This document shows positions 58,577 to 64,000 of a stretch of 64,000 nt of DNA, in pieces. The stretch's first letter is position 1, and each line of letters opens with the position of its first letter. Source of the stretch: Planctomycetota bacterium. GTDB taxonomy: Bacteria; Planctomycetota; B15-G4. The notes under the pieces are model-generated. The model saw only the letters and a program-made list of their open reading frames with translations. It searched no databases and was not told the origin of the DNA. Where the stretch lies: positions 1,600,001 to 1,664,000 of the forward strand of contig CBDFJQ010000002.1 of the NCBI GenBank assembly GCA_965248575.1, in the 5' to 3' direction. The position numbers and the translations under genes are program-made.

Positions 58577-59799
58577 TGAATGTGCTTATGCTTTCTCCGG
58601 GCTTTCCGGACGAGATGGTTTTGTTCAGCCAAGGGTTGGCTCAGGTCGGTGCGAACGTCTACGGCGTGGGTGAGCAACCTGTGCAGACCCTGCCCAGCGT
58701 CTGTCGCGCGAGCCTGACCGCCTACCTGCAGGTCCCCAGCCTGTGGAATGAAGACGCAGCCATCGACCAGATCGTCACCGAAGCCCGGGCCAACAATGTG
58801 CGCTTCTCCCGGGTGGAGTGCCTCTGGGAGCCACTGATGATCCTGGCGGCCCGGCTACGGGAAGCGCTGGGCGTGCCCGGCATGACCGTGGCCGAGACGC
58901 GTCCCTTCCGCGACAAGGAAGCCATGAAGACGGTGCTCGACGAGGCGGGCATCCGCACGCCGCACCATGCCCGCTGCACTGACGCCGACGAATGTCGCGC
59001 CGCCGCCGAGCGCATCGGCTACCCCCTGATCGCCAAGCCCATCAACGGCGCCGGCTCGGCGGACACCCACCGCGTCGACGACGCCGCCGAACTGGAACGG
59101 ATCCTGCCGCTGATCCGTCACGTGCCCGAGATCAGCATCGAGGAGTTCGTCGAGGGGCGGGAATTCACCTTCGACACCGTCTGCGCCGACGGCGAGATCC
59201 TGTTCCACAACGTCGCCTGGTACCGGCCGCGCCCACTCATCGCCCGCACGGTGGAGTGGACGTCCCCCCAGACCATCACCCTGAGACGACCTGACGTCGG
59301 GCCCCTGGCAGCAGGCAATGCCATGGGCGTTGCGGTGCTCAAGGCCTTGGGCTTCCGCACGGGCTTCACGCACATGGAGTGGTTCCTCAAGGACTCCGGC
59401 GAAGCGGTCTTCTGCGAGATCGGCGCACGCCCGCCAGGCGCACGCTCGGTGGAGATCATGAACGCCGCCAACGACATCGACCTCTATCGCGGCTGGGCAG
59501 AGGCCGTGTGCACGGGGACGCTCAGCCAGACCATCAACCGGCGCTACAACGCGGCCATCATCTTCAAGCGTGCCAAGGGCGAGGGGCGCATCACCCGCAT
59601 CGACGGCCTGGGCTCCCTCATGTCGCGCTTCGGCCCGCACATCATGTCCGTGGACCTGCTCCAGCCGGGCGCTCATCGCCGCAACTGGAAGCAAACGCTC
59701 ATGTCTGACGGTCACATCATCCTCCGACACCCTGACCTCGAAACCTGTCTCGAGATGGCAGACTGCGTCGGCACGGACTTGACCATCGAAGCGGCCTGA
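58576..59799 (+). CDS. ATP-grasp ligase (paralog C)
   Basis: Starts MNVLMLSPGFP at a TGATG overlap; FRDKEAMK, GYPLIAKP..GAG, HMEWF, EIGARPPG. Confidence 0.88.
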   Translation: MNVLMLSPGFPDEMVLFSQGLAQVGANVYGVGEQPVQTLPSVCRASLTAYLQVPSLWNEDAAIDQIVTEARANNVRFSRVECLWEPLMILAARLREALGVPGMTVAETRPFRDKEAMKTVLDEAGIRTPHHARCTDADECRAAAERIGYPLIAKPINGAGSADTHRVDDAAELERILPLIRHVPEISIEEFVEGREFTFDTVCADGEILFHNVAWYRPRPLIARTVEWTSPQTITLRRPDVGPLAAGNAMGVAVLKALGFRTGFTHMEWFLKDSGEAVFCEIGARPPGARSVEIMNAANDIDLYRGWAEAVCTGTLSQTINRRYNAAIIFKRAKGEGRITRIDGLGSLMSRFGPHIMSVDLLQPGAHRRNWKQTLMSDGHIILRHPDLETCLEMADCVGTDLTIEAA

Positions 59800-59839
59800 C
59801 GGCCTGCCACCCCGACTTCCTGAGACACCGAATCCGTTC

Positions 59840-60793
59840 ATGACGCACGTCGTCCTGCTTGGGCCCCAACGGCATCACCCCAACGTGCGCGCCACCCTCG
59901 ACCAGTTGGGGGTGGACGGCCCGATCGCCGTGGTGACGGCCGGGTGGGAGGAACGGGAATCCGAGCTGGACGACCTGGCGGAGCACCTCAAGTGCGACAC
60001 GCACAACCTGCGGCTCTACGCCCGGGCGGAGACAGCGCTGGAACAGGACCAGGAACTCTTCCAGGCCAGGAGCGAGCTGAACGATGAGTTGCGCTCGCTG
60101 CAATCGTGGTACCGGCTTCGGCTGGCCCACGCCATGAGCGCGGTGCGCGAGTTGGACCTCCAAGGCCAGCAAGACGAGCTGTCCCCTGCCCACCTTCAGC
60201 GGGAGCTCAGCGAAGAACTGGAGCATGCCCTCGGGGCCGTCCATGTGCTGGATCAACACCATCGTCGGCGCACGGATGACGTGCTCAACACCTTTGATGA
60301 ACACATGAAGCCCACCGAGCGCGAGTCCATTGCCAAGCTGCGCGCCAAGATCCGCCGCACCCTCTCGCGCTGCGCCGCCGTGACCATCGCCGGCGGCCAT
60401 GTCGCTGTCCTGCTGGGTCGCATGCGCCTCTTCGTCTTGCACGAACTCCTGGGCGAGCTGCCGGTGGTGGCGTGGTCAGCGGGTGCCATGGCCGTCACGG
60501 AGCAGGTGGTGTTGTTCCACGACAGCCCTCCTCAAGGGCGAGGCGATCCGGAAGTCCTCACGGGTGGGCTTGGACTGTGCCCGAACCTCGTGGCCCTGCC
60601 CCACGCTCGCCAACGCCTGCTCCTGGACGACGAGCAACGGGTGAGCATCATGAGCCGACGCTTCGCGCCCGCGTCTTGCATCGCGCTCGATGAAGGCTCC
60701 CGGGCAGCCTGGGACGGCAAGGCCTGGACGCTGGGCGCAGGCACGCAACGGCTGGGCAAAGACGGCAGCCTCCAGAACGGGAGTGGGTCGTGA
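59840..60793 (+). CDS. Peptidase S51 / class I glutamine amidotransferase-like protein (PepE/cyanophycinase-like)
   Basis: VTA, IAGGH, nucleophile elbow AWSAGAM, GLGL...LPH...R; long helical insertion. Confidence 0.75.
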   Translation: MTHVVLLGPQRHHPNVRATLDQLGVDGPIAVVTAGWEERESELDDLAEHLKCDTHNLRLYARAETALEQDQELFQARSELNDELRSLQSWYRLRLAHAMSAVRELDLQGQQDELSPAHLQRELSEELEHALGAVHVLDQHHRRRTDDVLNTFDEHMKPTERESIAKLRAKIRRTLSRCAAVTIAGGHVAVLLGRMRLFVLHELLGELPVVAWSAGAMAVTEQVVLFHDSPPQGRGDPEVLTGGLGLCPNLVALPHARQRLLLDDEQRVSIMSRRFAPASCIALDEGSRAAWDGKAWTLGAGTQRLGKDGSLQNGSGS

Positions 60794-61929
60794 ACACCAC
60801 CCTTCAAGCCCTGCTCCAGGACGGCCCGCCCTCCAGCGAGGCGATCACCAATTTCCTGGAGCAGCACAGCTTCCCCTTGGTGGACGGCCCGCTCGTCACC
60901 TTCGTGTACCGCGGAGACGTCAAGGCCGTGGAGTTGCAGCATTGGATCTTCGGTCTGGAATCCAGTCAGGCCTTCCAGCGCGTGGATGGAACCGATTTCT
61001 GGCATCTGGAAACGGAGATCCCGCCCGAGTCGCGCGTGGAATACAAGCTGATCCTCGAGCACGCCAATGGCGACATGGAGCTCATCCGGGACCCGCTCAA
61101 TGGGGCCGTCGCCCATGACCCCTTTGGCAGCAACTCCGTCTGCGCCGGTGAAGGTTACGAGCGGCCAGACTGGACCCTGCCCGACGAGGACGCGCGCCCG
61201 GGCAGCCTGGAACACCGGCGGATCCAGAGTGCAGCCTTCGGCAATCGGCGTGAGGTCACGGTCTACCTGCCGGCGCGCTATCGCAGGACGCGTCGTTATC
61301 CGCTGCTCGTGGTGCATGACGGTGCCGACTACATGGTCTTCAGCGCGCTCAAGACCGTCCTGGACAACCTGATCCACCGGCTTGAGATCCCGCCGATGGT
61401 CGTGGCCCTGACGGAGTCGGGCGATCGACTGCGGGAGTATGCCGACGATCCGCGCCAAGCCCAGTTCACCGTGGAGGAGTTGGTCCCGGCCCTCGAGCAA
61501 CGCTACTCCCTGGTGGGCCGCCCGGATGCACGCGCGCTGATGGGCGCGAGCTTCGGCGGCGTGGCCTCCCTCTCCACGGCCTGGCGCCACCCCGGCTTCT
61601 TCGGTCGCCTGCTGCTTCAGTCAGGCTCCTTCGCGTTTACGGACATCGGGACGAACCCCCGAGGGCCTGCCTTCGAGCCTGTCGTGCGCTTCATGAACGA
61701 ATTCCGCAAGGCACCGGGTCGCCCGGCAGAGCGTATCTTCCTCAGCTGCGGCACCTACGAATCGCTCATCTACGAGAACCGCTCGCTCGTCCCGCGCCTG
61801 CAGCAGGCGGGTATGACCGTCCGCTTCGTGGAAGCCAGGGACGGCCACAACTGGGAAAACTGGCGGGACCGGCTTCGGGTTGGCCTGTGTTGGCTCTTCC
61901 CGGGACCACTCTGGATGGTTTATGAATAG
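60790..61929 (+). CDS. Fes-like esterase with N-terminal Ig-like (E-set/CBM48-like) domain
   Basis: VTFVYRG...W...RVEYK...DPLN; VYLP..Y, HDG, GASFGG, GHNW. Confidence 0.85.
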   Translation: MNTTLQALLQDGPPSSEAITNFLEQHSFPLVDGPLVTFVYRGDVKAVELQHWIFGLESSQAFQRVDGTDFWHLETEIPPESRVEYKLILEHANGDMELIRDPLNGAVAHDPFGSNSVCAGEGYERPDWTLPDEDARPGSLEHRRIQSAAFGNRREVTVYLPARYRRTRRYPLLVVHDGADYMVFSALKTVLDNLIHRLEIPPMVVALTESGDRLREYADDPRQAQFTVEELVPALEQRYSLVGRPDARALMGASFGGVASLSTAWRHPGFFGRLLLQSGSFAFTDIGTNPRGPAFEPVVRFMNEFRKAPGRPAERIFLSCGTYESLIYENRSLVPRLQQAGMTVRFVEARDGHNWENWRDRLRVGLCWLFPGPLWMVYE

Positions 61930-61978
61930 GCCGCACGCGCCGGGCACGCGTCCGGCGTGACACTTTTCGGAGGATTTC

Positions 61979-63247
61979 GTGGCCGACATCACGCGACGCA
62001 TTGGACTCTCGTTGGGCGCCGATCTGTGCTGGCCCCTGTGTTACGAGGAAATCGTCCGACGCCTCGACCTTGCCCTCCCCATGGGCAAGGACACCGTGCG
62101 CTTTGAGGTGGAGCGTGTCGGGATCGAGCCCTACGACTTGCAGGGCAAGACGCCCTATGACGTCGTGCTGGACCGGGTCACGCACTGGTACCCCACGACG
62201 CGCGAGTGGCTCAAGAAGGCGCTGCTCATGGACGGCACCTACGTGCTGAACAACCCATGGTCCCTGCAGTCCATGGAGAAGCAGACGACCTACTGCGCCA
62301 TGATGCGCCTCGGTCTGCCAGTACCCGAAACCTGGATGGTCCCGCCCAAGGAATACGAGGAGGACCTCCAGGACCTGCAGCCCACGCTGCAACGCTACGC
62401 CCGCATGTTCGACCTGGGCAAAGTGGGCAAGACGTTGGGCTACCCCATGTTCATGAAGCCCTACGACGGCGGAGCATGGAAGGGCGTCAGCCGCATCGAC
62501 GACGAGCAGCAACTGCGCGACGCGTACGAGAAGAGCGGGCGGCTGGTCATGCACCTGCAGAAGGCGGCCGAGCCCTTCGACTACTTCGCGCGCTGCGTGG
62601 GTGTCGGCGCCCAGGTGCGCATCGTCCAGTACGACCCCAGCGCGCCGCTGCATGATCGCTACATGGTGGAGTCGGGTGAGCTGAACAAGGAGGACCAACG
62701 CCTGCTCGAGAACATGACGCTCACCATCAACACGTTCTTCGGCTGGGACTTCAACTCGTGCGAAGCCCTGCGCAGTGGCGACACCTGGCATCCCATCGAC
62801 TTCGCAAACGCCTGCCCCGACAGCCAGGTGACCTCCTTGCACTACCACTTCCCGTGGTTGGTGGCCGCGAAGGTCAAGTGGTCGCTGTTCTGTGCGGCGA
62901 CGAAGCGCCCATGCCCCCTGACGCTCGATTGGCAGCCCTACTTCGACGTTGCCGACAAGAACCCCGACATGCCCTTGAAGGAGCGGCTGGAAGCCTACGG
63001 CAACATCGCCCGGGAGCGCCTTCAGTCCGAGCAGTTCGAGGCCTTCTGCGACAAGCACCTGTCTGGCTTGGATGCGGTCATCCAGGACTACTTCGCGTCC
63101 ACCCACGCCCAGGACGCCATCCGCCAGAAGGTGGAGGCCTTGTTCCCCGAGCATGAGGTGGACTCCTTCTCCGATCTCTTCTGGCAGCGGGTGCAGCATT
63201 GGCGCACCCGAGAAGGAGGCGCGCCGGAAACCCCGGCGACCACCTGA
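61979..63247 (+). CDS. ATP-grasp protein, RimK/glutathione-synthetase-like (divergent from A-C)
   Basis: DR..HW, NNP, LGLPVPETW, GYPMFMKPYDGGAW..V, MHLQ, IDFANACPD. Confidence 0.8.
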   Translation: MADITRRIGLSLGADLCWPLCYEEIVRRLDLALPMGKDTVRFEVERVGIEPYDLQGKTPYDVVLDRVTHWYPTTREWLKKALLMDGTYVLNNPWSLQSMEKQTTYCAMMRLGLPVPETWMVPPKEYEEDLQDLQPTLQRYARMFDLGKVGKTLGYPMFMKPYDGGAWKGVSRIDDEQQLRDAYEKSGRLVMHLQKAAEPFDYFARCVGVGAQVRIVQYDPSAPLHDRYMVESGELNKEDQRLLENMTLTINTFFGWDFNSCEALRSGDTWHPIDFANACPDSQVTSLHYHFPWLVAAKVKWSLFCAATKRPCPLTLDWQPYFDVADKNPDMPLKERLEAYGNIARERLQSEQFEAFCDKHLSGLDAVIQDYFASTHAQDAIRQKVEALFPEHEVDSFSDLFWQRVQHWRTREGGAPETPATT

Positions 63248-63318
63248 GGCTTTCCCGCCTGCTCCTCCGCCTGCCCTGCCCAAACCCTCACTCCCCAACT
63301 CAGCAGAGACGCATCACC

Positions 63319-64000
63319 GTGAAGGAAACCGCAACCTGGTACTCCGAGCGCCTGGAGTCCGACATCAAGTTGGTCCGTTGGGGCACCTTTGGCACGCCCG
63401 TCTTGCTGTACCCCACGGCAGGCGGCGACGCCGAAGAGATCGAGCGCATGCTGATGATCCGCGTGCTGGAGCCCATGCTCTCCGCGGGCCGCATCAAGAT
63501 CTATTCCCTCGACAGCCTCGCGGCCAGGGCTTGGGGCGACACCTCCACGACCGCTCAGCACGCCACCTGGCTACAGAATCAGTTCGACGCCTGCGTCTAC
63601 AACGAGGTCGTGCCCACCATCCGTCGTGACTGCGAAGACGAGGAGGTCGAGATCATCGTGGCCGGCGCCTCCATTGGGGCCTTCAATGCCATGGCCTCCA
63701 TCTGTCGCCATCCCGATGTGTTCAGCCGCGCCATCTGCATGAGTGGCACCTACGACATCAACCGCTTCGTGAAGGGCATTGACCCCTCCCAGAAGGACCC
63801 CAACTTCTACTTCTCCTCGCCGCTGCACTTCCTGCCGAACCTGCCCGACGGCGAGCAGCTGGAAAAACTCCGCACGCGCCACGTTCTGATGTGTCACGGC
63901 GGCGGGCGCTGGGAAGACCCCGAGCAGGACTGGACCATGGCGCGCGTGTTGGGCGCCCAGGGTGTGCCCAACCGTGTCGACCCCTGGGGCGAGGACTACG
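63319..64000 (+). CDS. Alpha/beta hydrolase (esterase), truncated by the window edge
   Basis: Not in the ORF track. Translation from the GTG at 63319 gives MKETATWYSERL...WGTFGTPVLLYPTAGGD...AGASIGAFNA...RHPDVF...MSGTYD, open to the window end. Confidence 0.85.
   Translation, partial: MKETATWYSERLESDIKLVRWGTFGTPVLLYPTAGGDAEEIERMLMIRVLEPMLSAGRIKIYSLDSLAARAWGDTSTTAQHATWLQNQFDACVYNEVVPTIRRDCEDEEVEIIVAGASIGAFNAMASICRHPDVFSRAICMSGTYDINRFVKGIDPSQKDPNFYFSSPLHFLPNLPDGEQLEKLRTRHVLMCHGGGRWEDPEQDWTMARVLGAQGVPNRVDPWGEDY

Overview
GC-rich, gene-dense bacterial chromosomal segment, probably Planctomycetota: it encodes the PVC-superphylum small basic signature protein and has planctomycete-like gene content. 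About 55 CDS are supported. No rRNA, tRNA, CRISPR array or transposase was seen. Housekeeping genes (der, queE, pgi, aroA, pruA, crcB, glgA) are mixed with several unusual loci. The strongest candidate for an uncharacterised system is at 54.4-64 kb and runs off the right edge: four ATP-grasp ligases, a peptidase-S51 (cyanophycinase/PepE-like) protein and two esterases surround glycogen synthase, next to a divergent GCS2-CBS ligase / gamma-glutamyltransferase pair. The second is a microcompartment satellite locus with three EutN/CcmL vertex genes, no hexamer gene in the window, a class II aldolase, and an ABC-2 exporter translationally coupled between the vertex genes. Also notable: a probable pseudo-sulfatase, a single-module ClpC-like ATPase divergent from a Ser/Thr kinase, a ubiquitin-like + beta-propeller pair, a ~100-bp palindromic element, and repeated signs of leaderless transcripts. 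All calls come from motif recognition by eye; no database searches were run.
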